Part shown: positions 13,441 to 26,688 of the stretch, one piece after another | Layout: every line of letters starts with the position of its first letter | Numbering within the stretch: the first letter of the stretch is position 1 | Assembly (NCBI GenBank): GCA_032718475.1 | Contig: JAUCBJ010007239.1 | Location: forward strand, 1 to 62,326 | DNA length: 62,326 bases | Reading direction: 5' to 3' | Source of the DNA: Nemertoderma westbladi | Taxonomy: Eukaryota > Animalia > Xenacoelomorpha | Position numbers and translations under genes: made by a program | Notes under the pieces: generated by a model | What the model was told of the DNA's origin: nothing | Seen by the model: only the letters and a program-made list of their open reading frames with translations | The model's database searches: none

Positions 13441-14333
13441 GTATGCAGTATTCACAGATCAATCGTGCCAGTTTGTTTTGATATTTACAGAGTTTAAAGC
13501 CAGGTTGTTTGATGCGTAATTGCAGCCAGTTAAAGGATATATGTCCTTGTAATTAAACCTACTAGTGTTGAGCTAAAAAGCATAAAACATAAAACACTAA
13601 AAAGCCGTTCTTTCGTGGCTTTGAAAAACTCGTGACTACTGCTCTATACGAGGATACCAACTCCCTTATTCCACGAAGCTCCCGTTCAACACAGAGAAAG
13701 AGCAGTGAGATAGGAAATTTTCAGTTCAGTACTCTGTGATAGGTCAACATCAAGGATAACTCAAATTCTATTGGGAGATACAAAACAAGGCTATGACGCA
13801 ACCTCCCTAGGCTTGTTGGCCGATTAAACAGAGCCCAGATGCCTGCGTACAGCAAATCAGCCAATAAGCTGGTAACTTGCACTATTTTTAGCTGTAGATC
13901 ACTTTGAGAGTATTCTTAGCGACTGGGGGGGAACTGGCCAACAAGGCAAACGAATCAGTTATCCCACAAAAGCTTTTACATTACTGTAGGATAAATCAGC
14001 TGGGTTTCTTGACAAATTTTGCAATTCTGCATGTACCATGTATACCGGTACTGTCAGGCTGTACTCAATCCCTGAATCGAGAATCCTGCAATCAGTCAAT
14101 ACTGCAATACTGGTCAGCTGGTACCATACACTGCAGACATGCCATATCATGTAATCTAATTAAACAACGCAACCCTTGCGGTGATTATAGTTTAGGCCTA
14201 ATTAGCCCAGTACCGGCACCGGTAATAATAATATAATAGTTTAGATAGTTAGGCCTACCGCTAATCATTCAGTCATTGGCACGGTACACCGTATTGCTGT
14301 ACTGCCGTTGTAGTGCGCACCGTAGGTACCACC

Positions 14334-16180
14334 CATGGCCTACTACACACAGGCCATGACAAGGACTTTGCTGTGAAATTAGCATAGGCTGACTGTGCTG
14401 ATTATGGTACTGTCAGACTGTGGTACCTAAGCTATAGGCTATACTGTTAGGTATATTGCTGTATTGGGGTGGGGTTAGGAATAATCCATTTGTTTTAGCA
14501 TTGAACTGTTGAATCCCCTTATTTATTATAAAACCATTGGAAATATTCGCAAATGCCGCTCCATTACTGTCTGAAACGCTCCCGACAGTCCGATGTATCT
14601 GGACCCGAGCAGCCGAGTTGCTTCAAGAGGTGATTAACGGGGGAATACTACGGAATTGCTTGTTTGTCAGTACGATTCTATTTGGGTATTTACTACACTC
14701 AGACACTGGGAATACGGCGGTCGGTCAGATCGTAATGCGGGCCACTGCCAAGTTCCTCATGCCTCACTCCGGTCACCCACCTTGGAGTGCGGTGGGAAGA
14801 GTCCCACTTACTGACTTACGTCGACGACTGGACGAATCGACGAGGATTGCGATCTGGGTTTAGCGGCGGCCCGGATCCTGGGATCGCCTGGGGGAAATGG
14901 TTGAACGTTGGGCAGACGTTATCGCACTGGATTACGTTCTCTGTGACGCGAAAGTGTGAAGCGAATTCGTTGTCGAATTGGGTCGGAAGCTGCGGGAATT
15001 CTACTGTTCTACGGGAGTAAACCGCAGCGGTCCGGTGACTACGGACGGATACTACTGGGATAAGCAGGTATTTCGATCGAGTTTCTCGTATTCTCGATGC
15101 TCGAGGCGGATAGAGAGTTGGTTGTGTTGGGCGGTGTTGTTCAATTCTATCAAACATATTAAATAATTGGTAAAATAATAAAAACACACCAGATAAAGAT
15201 ACTGAGCTTATGGTAAAGAGATAGGCCGAACTTACAATTTCCAAATAGATTGTTCATATAATAAATATATTTTTGGTATTTGATTTCAAGATAGGGGGGG
15301 GGGGGGAACTGGACGCAATAAAAATTCATCCCTCTCCAGGGGAAATTGGACGCAAATAACAACAGCTGATTACTCTCAAAAATAAAACTGTAACCTGTTC
15401 TATTGTGTTTACTTTATTGTTTTGGTTAAAATAACGTGCCACTGTAACCTGCTCCTTTCCCAAAATTGAGAAATTAATATTGAGGCGGGATATTAATTCG
15501 CCAAGATGGGATTTGCGTCCAGTCCCACCCCCCTCCTATCTCTTGATTTCACTAAAAAATAGAATACATTGCATTTTACTGTTATAATTACTGTATTGAA
15601 TAAAATAATTAATTGATTGTTTATTAAACCGTGCTAAGCACGTTGAACTGGAGCTCTAACAATTCCCCACTAGCGGCAGACAGGAACTGTAAAAGTCTCT
15701 GTATAATTTCTAATTAAGCAATGCTCTTAGGTAACTACTACTAAATTTCAGATGAATCTGATCGTTGGTTCTATAATTACAGCTATTTTTACGTTTCTGT
15801 TAATTCGCCCCCTAGCGGCAGACCGGGGAACTGTAGAAGTCTGTCTGTGTGTAGAATTTCTAAATTTTTTATAGACTACATGTGTACCAAGTTTGGTTCC
15901 ATTTCATCCATGATTGACCGACTTATTAGCGTTCAAACATTCCTGCCACAAACATAGCCAGAGGCAGCCACAAACGAATAAAAGCTGCAGGAACTCGAGC
16001 GATAATTAATTTATTAATTATTAAATACTGTTTCAATTAAATTCTTTACGAAAATCTAGTCATCTTCTTTTAAATATGGACCCTGCATTCATGGAAAATA
16101 TAATATTTGATAATTCATCAGTCAGCCTACGCTAATTTCACAGCAAAGTCCTTGTCATGGCCTGTGTGTAGTAGGCCATG
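14334..16180. mobile_element. Non-autonomous P-element-like (or hAT) DNA transposon with cargo
   Basis: 62-bp near-perfect TIRs beginning CATGGCCTACTACACACAGGCC and an 8-bp TSD gtaccacc at 14326-14333 and 16181-16188. Confidence 0.85.
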
Positions 16181-16421
16181 GTACCACCCTACTACCGGTA
16201 CCGGCTGACCGCGTGACCGGTGGCAACTAGCACTTCAGCACTTGCACAGCAACAGCACTACCGGCGATACACAGGTTGAAATTTATGTAGAGTTTGCTCA
16301 ACAGTACAGATATAAAATAGTTATCTAAATTATATATATTACTATTGACAAGTATTGAAATATATACCGTTATTCGTGTTATCAGTATTTGCAACATCTG
16401 ACATTGAAGAGGTGAGAGAAG

Positions 16422-16760
16422 ATGAATACCGGCACTCAACAAAACCAACGCTTATCACAGGTCGGTATGGTTACCTCGAAACCGGCGCGACTGTCCACTC
16501 GAATACAACTTCAAAACACAAACGCCAACAATAAACTGAAAGCGAATCGAACGTCTTCAGAAGAATCTGTCATTGGGACGAAGAAAAGGAAGCCGAAACC
16601 ACGGGAATGGACCACAGCTAAGATTGAATGCTCCCATTGTCAGAGTTCCTGGACCGAAATTGAAACACCAATTGCCGATGGGCTTGATCTCTCAAACCAA
16701 AACTTCCTCTGCGGGGTTTGCGCGGCAGTAAAGATTGAAAGTCTGGAAGCTGGCATCCCT
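16422..16760 (+). mobile_element. Probable LINE ORF1 N-terminal fragment
   Basis: Basic N-terminus, then CSHC..FLCGVC zinc-finger-like pairs followed by KIESLE (coiled-coil start), as in CR1/L2 ORF1. Truncated. Confidence 0.4.
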
Positions 16761-18882
16761 AGGTATTATTATTATAAAGAGCGTCAGCCTGCGTTTAATA
16801 AATGTATTTTAATACAGAACAGGTCGAACGCAAAGAGGCTTATAATGAAGACGAGTACTGCATTGATTATATTCCTATAAACCACCTGGCTTTGCATATT
16901 GAACGTGCGTTTGGAAATAAGTTCGTGCTACCCTTCCGTGGGTGGTAGATGTCGCGGTTATGTATTGGTGGGTAGGGGAGGGGGGGGGGGGGGGTGCAGA
17001 TTAAAAGGGGTGAACACGTACTGTCCCCCTTTCTTTGATTAATTGGTGGTGTGGGTTAATCTCTCATAACCTGATTTTGTGATACAGTCGCACAATTTTA
17101 ATTTGTATCTCATAACTCCGCCTTGTGCTGCGCGAAGGCCCCACGAACGTGTAAAACTGTTAAAGGTCTAAAAGCTTGAACTTAATTGATTTTTTCTTAT
17201 TTTATTGTTCCGTAGGGACAATAAAACCTTACCATACTGGTCGGGTGGTAACTGTGGGCCTAGTGGTATCATATAGCAGTATTAATTCGATTATGACATA
17301 TTTATATATTCATAGGCTGTTAGGGAGATTTGGGATTGATCACCCCTTATTGCTTTTATGGTTTACATATATCTGTCAACTTTGTTTATCTGTAAGTGTA
17401 GTATTGAGCAGAAGGTGTATAATCCTGCTCAAATTGTAGAAGTAATTTGTAGGCTGAATTGTTGTCTGATTGTTGTTGGGTTTGAGGTGAATTGCAGTGT
17501 TATGGGTTATTTGTCCGATAAATGCTAGTTGGGAAGTGGGGGCTTCCATGTTTGTAAGGTAAATCCTCCACTAAAGAATAAGTCGTACCACGTAGTCTGG
17601 AATGTGTACTAACTAACAATTTCGGAAACTTCATTTACTGTAGTTTATTTCGGATTTAGCGGTAGTTTATCAGCATTTTGGCTTGTGTTTTATTTAAATA
17701 ATCTGTAAGGGTAGCGTAATACTTATTATTCAGAGTTTATTCAAGTAATGTACAACATTCATGTCCCTAAGTTTATTCCTACAGTAATTCTGCTAGTTGT
17801 ACATACCATAATAGTTAAATTAACCCCAGTACTACTTCAGGACTGCTTGGCGTAGGTCAACTGGTGATTTCTTTAGCATCGGATGAATAAGACTAAATAG
17901 TCTGGTCACTCCGGCAGATGCTGTGGTTCTTTTAGCTGTTCAAGTATATCTAACTGCGAGTTATATGTTGTACAAGTGTTAGTATCTAATCTAGGGTTTA
18001 GAGTACAACACTTTCCTGAAATTTAATTTAGTATGTATGTAGTATTTTAGTGTTGTAAAGTGGTTAATAGGTCCGTTAGCGTAGGCTACAATAATTAACT
18101 TCTAGGTATAGGACACTCCGGGTACGTTTGTTTATAGTGTAGACTATAAGCCATCAGATGGTGGCATTTCCTTATCTGAACAATGCGAATTATTGAATGC
18201 TACTTTATTAGTTTCAAAATTCCGTAGTAAACCCCCGTAAGAACCAGAAATTCGAAGTTCTGGTTAGTAATATTCTTGTAAAATTACCCTTATTAAAATT
18301 GTCCTTATAACTTTTGTTTATTGTTTATTTGGGAGATTGTGTAATCTCAACCCGTTGTATATACTTAAGTAATTTAGTACTGATAAGTAACTTAGTCAGA
18401 AGAAAATATTTGTATTTAGTGTCTAATAACTCCATTAGGAGTGTTAACCATCCTTATTGTGACTTCTGAACTTAGAAATAGTAACATATATTTCAATATT
18501 GATTAAACCCACTACGGGTATATATATCTTACATTATAAACTCAATTTAATCAGATTTATAAGCTCATAGGCCTGTTATACACCATTTAGGTCTTTATAT
18601 ATGCTGAAACTATTGCTTAACTTAAGCAATACAGTAAAGGAAATAATTCCTATAATCTGATATAATCAGTCATTATTTAATTATTGGTAATACCAGTATC
18701 TACACAGTAAGCTTATTATATATTTATATAATTTAGGCTGGACACATATACTGGTACCCAGTGATTAATATTGGTCTGCGGTAATACTGTTATATATACG
18801 ATATATAGTGTATACCAGTATTTAATAATTGTTATCTATCTATATTACATAGAGTAGCAAGTATTGACGGATTAAGACAAGT

Positions 18883-21105
18883 TTGGGATACACTCAATGT
18901 CAGGTATGGCATAGGACTAACATAGCTAGATACTTGTATGCGAAATTAGTAGCGCCCAGGAGATTCCCTAGTAATGGAATCATAGAGTTTTCCAATGAGG
19001 TTCAGGAGATCTGTAGACAGTTAGACTGGTTAGGTAAATCTCACAAGCACCAAAGTTCTATGGTCGTAAGAGCTGTAGCAGCATCTTTGCCAAAGGGCGG
19101 AGTAGGCACTCGTTGGGACAAATGGTTCTATACTTTGAGGACCAGCATAAGAGAGATCCTACAGTGGAAGGAAGACCTTATGTCTTTCCTAATAGGAGAG
19201 GTAAGATTACAGTTAATTAAACAGTCTAGAGAGAAGACTTCTGAAACTAAGGTAAGCGAGAAACCAGTTGCTAGAAGAAAGGTAACTCCTGTATGTTACA
19301 ACCTCATGAGTCAAACCTCATACGATGAGGACAGCGGACAAGATACTGCCAACATCTATTACACAAATAAAGGTAAGGACATGGGAAAACCCAAAATTCG
19401 GCATAATAACAACAAAGGAGAACAACTTAAGACTCCCCCAACGTCACCCAAGAGGATTCCTAGTAAGAAGCCCGAAGAAAGAACTCGTGTACAGAACACA
19501 GTCCAACAAAAGGTTACTAATCTTAAGCCTAAGTGTATGTTATGCGAAGGGCCCCATCATTTAAGTAAGTGTGAGGAATTCTTGAAGAAAGACCTTAAAG
19601 ACAGACGTAGTGTAACTTGGGATAAGAGGTTATGTTACAATTGTCTGATGAGAGGACATCAGAGGAAGACTTGCTATTCAGATGCTAAGTGCGCTAAGTG
19701 TGGAGCTAAACATCACTCATTATTACACAGAGAGTTTGATAAGGTAAGTGAACCAGAGTTGCACGTCCAACTCAGCGACGTGAATGACACAGACCAGAGT
19801 TCGGATTCTATACAGACAAGTTTTCTGATGAAAACGAATCTTGTACATGATCAACACAGCCGTAAATCGAGCCCTTATCCATGAGGCGATAACCACGGAG
19901 AGGAAATCCAACTTTCCATTCCGGATAAACATCTCTCGTAGAAGGTCCCACAACCACCTATCGGCATAAGATAATTTACCGTGGTGCAGCTCAGGATACA
20001 TGGACAAGGTAAGAGTTTAATTATTAACACCCTCCTTGATTCAGGTAATACAGGCACCTTTATCGACAAAGATTTAGCCGAGGATATATTTGCAGGCCAG
20101 GAGAAATTTCAAACCAAGCTTAACCTCTCTGAGATCATGCAGGTATGGAAATCTACAGTGTCGATGAACTTCTAAGTGGGATCACTATCTACCCCACAGG
20201 ATAAATCTGGTAAGGACAGTATTAGGTATATCAAGATGGTAGCTATTAAGAACTTTGCTGCCAGTCAGGTAGAACCTTATATCTGGGACAAGGACAGCTT
20301 TGTCCAGCAGTATAGAGTCCCCAGATTTAAGACTGACTATCCTGGAGTCCAGATGCTACTTGGACAGAATGCGCATGAAGCGCTAGAGACACTTGAGAAG
20401 AGACCTGCTCAACCACAACCTCTACAAACTTATGCGGGATGGACAAGATTAGGTTGGTACTTCACGGGACCATCCGTACACACTCTCAGAAAAAGAATGG
20501 AAAACGAACACATTAATCAGGTATATAAGAGTGTGGAAACCGTGAACGACAGGGTTATCTCAGCTGAGGAAACTCCATGCTCCTCAGATAACGACGACAT
20601 TCAAGTATTGTATGATGAGTACAATACGTTCAAACCCCTCACTGAGAATCAAACCTGGATAAACCAAACCGAACTGTGTCATTAAATACAACAGAACAAT
20701 GAGTTGTTGGCCTATGAGGATGATGAGCTAAATGAGGTAGTGGAGCGATATAATTCTAAACTGAGAGATGAACACACAGCGCGATTCTTTACCCAAGAGG
20801 CTGTGGAACCTAACTCTTACGATATAGCTCTATCCGTAGTGGAGGAGAGAGCTAAACAAATCCAAGCGACGACTACTCATTATATCAAGGAGGAGGGACG
20901 TTACGAGATCAGTTTACCTTTCCAGAGATGAGATCCTAGCTTCATCAATAATTGACCATTAGCCATCAAAAGAATCAAACAACTGCACCGACGGTAATCT
21001 TCGAACGATAAAGCTAAGGAAATGTACAAGACCCAATTGAAGAAGTTCATCAATAAGGGATACGCAGAGCGAGTTCCTATAGAAACACCCATAAATGCGA
21101 GCTAG
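18883..21105 (+). mobile_element. Decayed BEL/Pao LTR retrotransposon gag-protease region
   Basis: Three tandem knuckles (CMLCEGPHHLSKC, CYNCLMRGHQRKTC, CAKCGAKHHSLLH), protease LLDSG, MLLGQN, TRLGW, GRYEISLPF and FINKGYAERV. Stops and frameshifts are present; no RT or integrase is visible. Confidence 0.9.
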
Positions 21106-21588
21106 ACCCTTACAAAACTCATTTTACGGAATCCAAGATCACCCCTATTACATCCATTTAGCCCAATATTACATGGTGAAACCCGAAGATCCTACACACA
21201 GCCTAAGGTTTCTTCCTTTGATAAATCCCCTTGATCTTGTTGAACTGGAGCAGCTTCAAAAACATCTCGACCAATTAGTTAAATCAAACTCATTCAGAAA
21301 ACCATATAATGTTGCCAGAATAGAGAATGTTGTGCTCCCTCAGTACAACCTCGATGGATTCATCAAAACTCGATTAGTCCATTGGAACTTGGACGTGTTG
21401 TTCGAGGAAGAACGTATACAATGTTATGGAGAGGAAAATACACATACTACACATTATTTAAAAATAGAGTGATCTACCTAACGCCAGCGACAGACCAAGA
21501 TTATGCCGTCCTGTGGATATGACTTTAGAAAGAGCCACAGCTGAATGGAATGAAACTCGAAACATTATTGAAATGTATGGTGTTATGA
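21095..21588 (+). pseudogene. Unidentified decayed ORF, 5' part (continues at 26786-27270 after the LINE)
   Basis: 125-aa ORF, then a second frame ..MTLERATAEWNETRNIIEMYGVM that reads straight through the LINE insertion site into IMKAVFLLENSGLLD. Confidence 0.5.
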
Positions 21589-22082
21589 ATTAATTATTAT
21601 TATTATTATTATTATTTAATTCATCGGGCCAAGGCCCATTGTACCTACACGACACCTATTTATTAGCACACATAATAATATTAAGTAAGTAGTTCATTCA
21701 AGTTTACATTAAATCATTACAAAGGAGAAACATTTAACGGGGAATTACCAATCAAATATTGCAATATTAAACAGCACCAAGAACAATGTTCCAACGACAA
21801 TGTAATAAAGAATTAGTGATTGAGATACAGGCATGATTGAGTTCTCAAAGTTAGCAGTACGGCTAAGTAAGGAGAAAATATTAATTCTAAGAACTGCACG
21901 AAAGTTATTCACTCTTTACAATGACAATAGTTTATATAAAAGATAGACTAAGAATAAAACACAAAAATAATGTAGTTTAAGTAGAATAAAAATTCAATAA
22001 TTTTTACAACGAAAAAATATTCAAAAGATTTTACAGCGGAAAAAAATTCAAAATTTTTTACATAAAACACAAAATCAGAAAA

Positions 22083-24887
22083 TTAGGTTACCCCAAGCAC
22101 CACTAACCACCTCTTACGCAACACCGAGAGAGGAGAAACGTTAGCAATTACACGAATAATGATGTTTTGTGAAATATCAATACGTCGTAGCAAAGAAAAA
22201 ATATTACTTCTCTGCATAGCCCTAAAAGTATTGATCCTATTATTTACAAAAATTTCACTAGCGTCCTCAGTTCTAGAATATTTGAAAAGTGATCTAAAAG
22301 CAGTATTATAAGCTACCTTAACCTTGCGCAAATTCTCAACACGAAATATAGACCAGAGTGAGCAACAGTACATGCTGTAACAGTAGGATCTAAATAAGGT
22401 TAACTTTACATCATATGAACAATTCGAAAATAATCTAACAATCTGGTTACCCCTACAATACATTGAGCACATTATACGTTTCATATCTGATTCATCGCTT
22501 AGATCGCAAGTAATTGTATGCCCAAGGTAATTAACCTCCTTAACACAATGTAATGGTTTACCACAAAGATATACATCACCAGCACGGTTAATTCTATAAG
22601 GAAGAAAATACATACAGTGAGATTTAAGCGGGTTAAATTCAATATCAAATTCCACCCCAAACTTTTCACAAATAGCAATTAACTTACGTAGACCAAAAAT
22701 GCTAGGGGATAATAAACATAGATCGTCTGCATAAAAAAGATTATTAATAATAATGGAACCTACTTTGCAACCAACAAAAGAGTCGTTCAAGCGTCTACTT
22801 AATTCCGTCATATAGATATTAAAGAGAACAGGGCTGAGAAGGCTCCCCTGTCGTACACCATTAGAAACAGTGAAGACATCCGAGGAAGCACTTCCCCATC
22901 TTACAAAAATATATTGATTTGAATACCAAAAGGAAAGAATACGCACAATTGAAACCGGTACATTAATATCCAATAGCTGTCTAAACAATTTAAAATGATT
23001 TACCCGGTCAAACGCCTTAGACGCATCTAAGAACGCCGAATACACTGGAGATTCTCGACTGACATATAAATGAACAGTTTCTTTTAACGCAAAAATACAC
23101 ATTTCAGTGCCTAGAGCTGACTGAAAACCGAATTGATTATCAGTACACTTAGCACGACCCTTGATAAAAGGCAGTATACATGCCTCAAATACTTTCGATA
23201 TCGCGTTAGCAACAGCTATAGGTCTGTAATTAGTGAAATCAGAATAACTAGCATTCTTATTTTTAATTACAGGTAAAATACTAGAAGTAATAAAGCTATT
23301 AGGCAAATAACCATGAACCAAAAAAGCATTAAATAATAGGGCTAACATTACTGACAAACGCGGCCCTGCAAATATTAAACTTTCTGGAAAAATCCCATCC
23401 GGACCTGCAGCCTTTCCTTTAGAAAGACTCTGAACCGCCTCATAAACCATAGACGGAGTAATATGCACATAATTAGAACCATCCCAATTATCAAACACAC
23501 CTTTCACGTAGACAAAATCATCATCCTTACACGGCACTGAGTTAAAGATATGCTCATAACTACTCTTAAAAAGATCAGCTATTTCCGGTTCGGAATTAGC
23601 ACCACCAACATTATTGGAACGTTTAATTTTCGCGTTATTTCGCGATCGCACTGAACTCCAAAAATCGTTTTTACTATCAATAAAAGACTGAGCTAATTTG
23701 TCGTCTCTGATAGACTGCACAGACCGACGACAATTACGCAGGGCCAATTTGAACTGCGCGGTTGCACGCCGTTTCACGTCCCAAATAAAACCGAATCTCG
23801 GTCGCCCCTGCTCACACCATATATGAAAGGCCTCCTGCGCCGCTTCATATTTTTCTTTAACAAACTCGTTCCAACCGGGAACAGCATTAGTAGTCCTACT
23901 GTTATAACTACACTTAGAAGTAGGGATATACTTATCTACACTAGATTTAATAGCACCAATAACTTGGTCGTAAGATATTTTAAGACTGCTTAAATGTTCA
24001 GGGTTACTACAGTGAACATCACAGCAAGTAACAGAGTCCGGTAAATTAAACATAGATAAGCACTCATCTAAACCATTATGGTAAGCATCGATTACAGTAC
24101 TATCTACCTTCTTCCAATCGGAACGTGGAGAAGCTGGTTCTACGTGTACGTGCCTGGGAGATGAATCTACAGAGACATCGCACACAAAGGATAACGGGAG
24201 ATGATCATCAACCGAAACATCTGTAACTACTTTAAGACCAGAAATCTTGCCATGGAAACTTGGCGTAGAAACTACATGATCTAACCAAGACACCGTACCG
24301 TAAATATGACTTATATACATAAACGTTTCCCTTGGTAATAAAATAACATCTGATACTAGCAACGAAGAAAAATTACAGAAATTCTGTAATTCGGTTCCAA
24401 AATTCCGACCGGGCATAGCATTAAAATCGCCAATAACTGCACAAAGATTACCGGGGTGGTCATTAATACTTGTAAAGCACACTGATAATAATTCCAAAAA
24501 TAATTCGAAATTATCCGAATTATCGCACGGAAAATAGGCATTAATTAAAAACATCGTGGATCCATCCGAGCACTCTACAGTAACACCTAATAAACGATTG
24601 TTATTCAAATTAATTATTTTAACTTTATTATTCAACGACTTATGCCAGAGGATGGCTAGCCCCCCGTGAGGCCTGCCAACACGAGGACCATCACTTAGAT
24701 CTACACTTGCCACCCCACTACCAAAATAGTCGCCTTCAATGCTGTTTAAAGAATGCAGGTCCTGCTTGTATTGCCACGTTTCCTGGAGAAACAGTATATC
24801 GTGATTTTTACATAGCGACCTAACATGGTCCATATGGGAGGTAAGACCTCCACAGTTATACGAACATATCCGCAAATTATGACTCAT
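22083..24887 (-). CDS. LINE ORF2: AP endonuclease + reverse transcriptase (934 aa)
   Basis: APE motifs SYNCGG, LQETW, GDFNA, WLDH, DDHLP. RT motifs YRPIA, QFGF, LDASKAFDRV, GVRQGSLLSP, FYADD, YLGH. Confidence 0.95.
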   Translation of the reverse strand: MSHNLRICSYNCGGLTSHMDHVRSLCKNHDILFLQETWQYKQDLHSLNSIEGDYFGSGVASVDLSDGPRVGRPHGGLAILWHKSLNNKVKIINLNNNRLLGVTVECSDGSTMFLINAYFPCDNSDNFELFLELLSVCFTSINDHPGNLCAVIGDFNAMPGRNFGTELQNFCNFSSLLVSDVILLPRETFMYISHIYGTVSWLDHVVSTPSFHGKISGLKVVTDVSVDDHLPLSFVCDVSVDSSPRHVHVEPASPRSDWKKVDSTVIDAYHNGLDECLSMFNLPDSVTCCDVHCSNPEHLSSLKISYDQVIGAIKSSVDKYIPTSKCSYNSRTTNAVPGWNEFVKEKYEAAQEAFHIWCEQGRPRFGFIWDVKRRATAQFKLALRNCRRSVQSIRDDKLAQSFIDSKNDFWSSVRSRNNAKIKRSNNVGGANSEPEIADLFKSSYEHIFNSVPCKDDDFVYVKGVFDNWDGSNYVHITPSMVYEAVQSLSKGKAAGPDGIFPESLIFAGPRLSVMLALLFNAFLVHGYLPNSFITSSILPVIKNKNASYSDFTNYRPIAVANAISKVFEACILPFIKGRAKCTDNQFGFQSALGTEMCIFALKETVHLYVSRESPVYSAFLDASKAFDRVNHFKLFRQLLDINVPVSIVRILSFWYSNQYIFVRWGSASSDVFTVSNGVRQGSLLSPVLFNIYMTELSRRLNDSFVGCKVGSIIINNLFYADDLCLLSPSIFGLRKLIAICEKFGVEFDIEFNPLKSHCMYFLPYRINRAGDVYLCGKPLHCVKEVNYLGHTITCDLSDESDMKRIMCSMYCRGNQIVRLFSNCSYDVKLTLFRSYCYSMYCCSLWSIFRVENLRKVKVAYNTAFRSLFKYSRTEDASEIFVNNRINTFRAMQRSNIFSLLRRIDISQNIIIRVIANVSPLSVLRKRWLVVLGVT

Positions 24888-25038
24888 TATCTATACTAAA
24901 AGATTACTTTTTAACTAATTAAAACTGTTACTAAAAATAACAATGGGTACTGAAGCAAATTGGGTTACTTAGAAATTAAGTTGGATTATTTGATTAGAGT
25001 CTAGTATAATAGTCTCTAACGCTACTCCCATCCAGCAC

Positions 25039-26688
25039 TTAAACCCGAGACCCATCCATAGGGACCCAGTGCCTCTTCACAAGAATCCCCTGCGGCCAGG
25101 ATCTAGTGTCAATAAGTTTTTCATACACATCCTTACTCCGAGTTATTATAATAAACGAGCTATAGGTCTGGTGTAGTTGTTTCGGGTTAGCAACCACCGA
25201 ACCAACAGACAAATTATGCTGCGAGTTAATAAACTCCTCGACAACCGCTGCTGTTGTTTCGGGGGTGAAACGAGAAACAAAGATACGCAACTCTTGCGGC
25301 TCACGGGCAGCCGCAACTAGGCCAGGAAACTCAAAAGTACCGGTTCCAATCGGCGCCGGACGTTTCTTCCGCCTGTCGGCAGTGAAACCACCGGGGAACG
25401 CAGCACGGGTACCAGAAGCAGGAGGAACAGGACCGTCCGATGTAGCAGGTTGCTTGGAGGGACCTCCATTGACACCGCCGCCACCCCGGCGTCGTCCTCG
25501 TAGACCACGTAGTTTAGCAGATCGAGGACGTCGACTTGCTTCTTCACTGTCGGAAGCAGCCTGATCAGAAGTCAAATCAACCAGCGGATCAAACCGATTG
25601 TGAACTGCTGGCTGGGGACTGGGGAAGTAGGTAGGCATGGGACGCCTTGGGGGGTGGCCAGGATGGCCACGAACTGCACTCGCATATGAGTTGAGCTGGA
25701 TTTGATTAGAGACCCGAGCCCGATGGAAGTTGCCACTGGATACAGCTGTGGCTCCCTCCAGTCCGGTGTTCGCACCATGTTCGGAATAATCGGGATCCAG
25801 ATCTGCCCCGGAGGCGGAGACAAGGTCTGTAACTTCCTCCTCTTCATTACGGGTATAGTCGACGGGGCGAGGAAACTCCCTCCGGCACAGATTATTCGAA
25901 GAAACTCGATCAGAGACCCTCACGGAAACCAGATTAGCGACAATAGGACTGACCAATTCCGGCAGATCATCCTTCTTACAGTACGATTCCTTGAGCAGGA
26001 TGTCATGGCGTTCAATTGAGAGTTTCATTTCTAGGAGGGAATCACGAAGATCTCTAAAGTCCTCGCCGCGTACAGCCAAGTTCACAGACTGTTTATCCGT
26101 CGGCGGTAAACGCGCCGGATTTAGCGCGTAGAAGCATGGACAATTCTCTGAGTCTACAAAACAACTCTCGTTGAATAAATTATACATGTCAAGGACATGA
26201 TTTCTCTTCGCTTTATTGCCGATACGACCAACCCAGGAAGGCAACGGGCGATCAGGAACAGCACACTTAACTGCCTCAGCGAAGAGCAATTTCTTCGCTA
26301 AAACAATATCATCCAGCGAGTAAAAGTTCGCGATCGCAGCAGACAACTGAATTTTGTCTAGCGTGGAAATTCCAAACTGCAGAAAACAAAGCAGTTCCGA
26401 GTGAACGAGCCGACAGTCTGCTCCATGATCATCTAGGATCGGTGCCTCCTCCACCAGCCCCCGATCCTCAGTTTGAGAGATGGTAATCGAATCACTATCA
26501 TTACCGTCCTCCTCCACCGTAAACACGTCAGTCACCCTTGGAGTCATACTGTCACAACGCTTCAAGCAACAGCTTTCACATAAAAGCCTATTATCCAACA
26601 ATTTAAAGATCACAGATGGTTTACCGTTTACAGCACTAATTGGCAGCTCCACGGTCAGGCAATCTGCACACTTCTTTAGTGATGTCAT
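25039..26688 (-). CDS. LINE ORF1 (549 aa)
   Basis: N-terminal CxxC..CxxC, ELLCFL..FYS..I..AK..LF and NPARLPP blocks, coiled coil, and an RRM-like C-terminus IFVSRF..WPQGILVKR. Lies upstream of ORF2 on the same strand. Confidence 0.85.
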   Translation of the reverse strand: MTSLKKCADCLTVELPISAVNGKPSVIFKLLDNRLLCESCCLKRCDSMTPRVTDVFTVEEDGNDSDSITISQTEDRGLVEEAPILDDHGADCRLVHSELLCFLQFGISTLDKIQLSAAIANFYSLDDIVLAKKLLFAEAVKCAVPDRPLPSWVGRIGNKAKRNHVLDMYNLFNESCFVDSENCPCFYALNPARLPPTDKQSVNLAVRGEDFRDLRDSLLEMKLSIERHDILLKESYCKKDDLPELVSPIVANLVSVRVSDRVSSNNLCRREFPRPVDYTRNEEEEVTDLVSASGADLDPDYSEHGANTGLEGATAVSSGNFHRARVSNQIQLNSYASAVRGHPGHPPRRPMPTYFPSPQPAVHNRFDPLVDLTSDQAASDSEEASRRPRSAKLRGLRGRRRGGGGVNGGPSKQPATSDGPVPPASGTRAAFPGGFTADRRKKRPAPIGTGTFEFPGLVAAAREPQELRIFVSRFTPETTAAVVEEFINSQHNLSVGSVVANPKQLHQTYSSFIIITRSKDVYEKLIDTRSWPQGILVKRHWVPMDGSRV

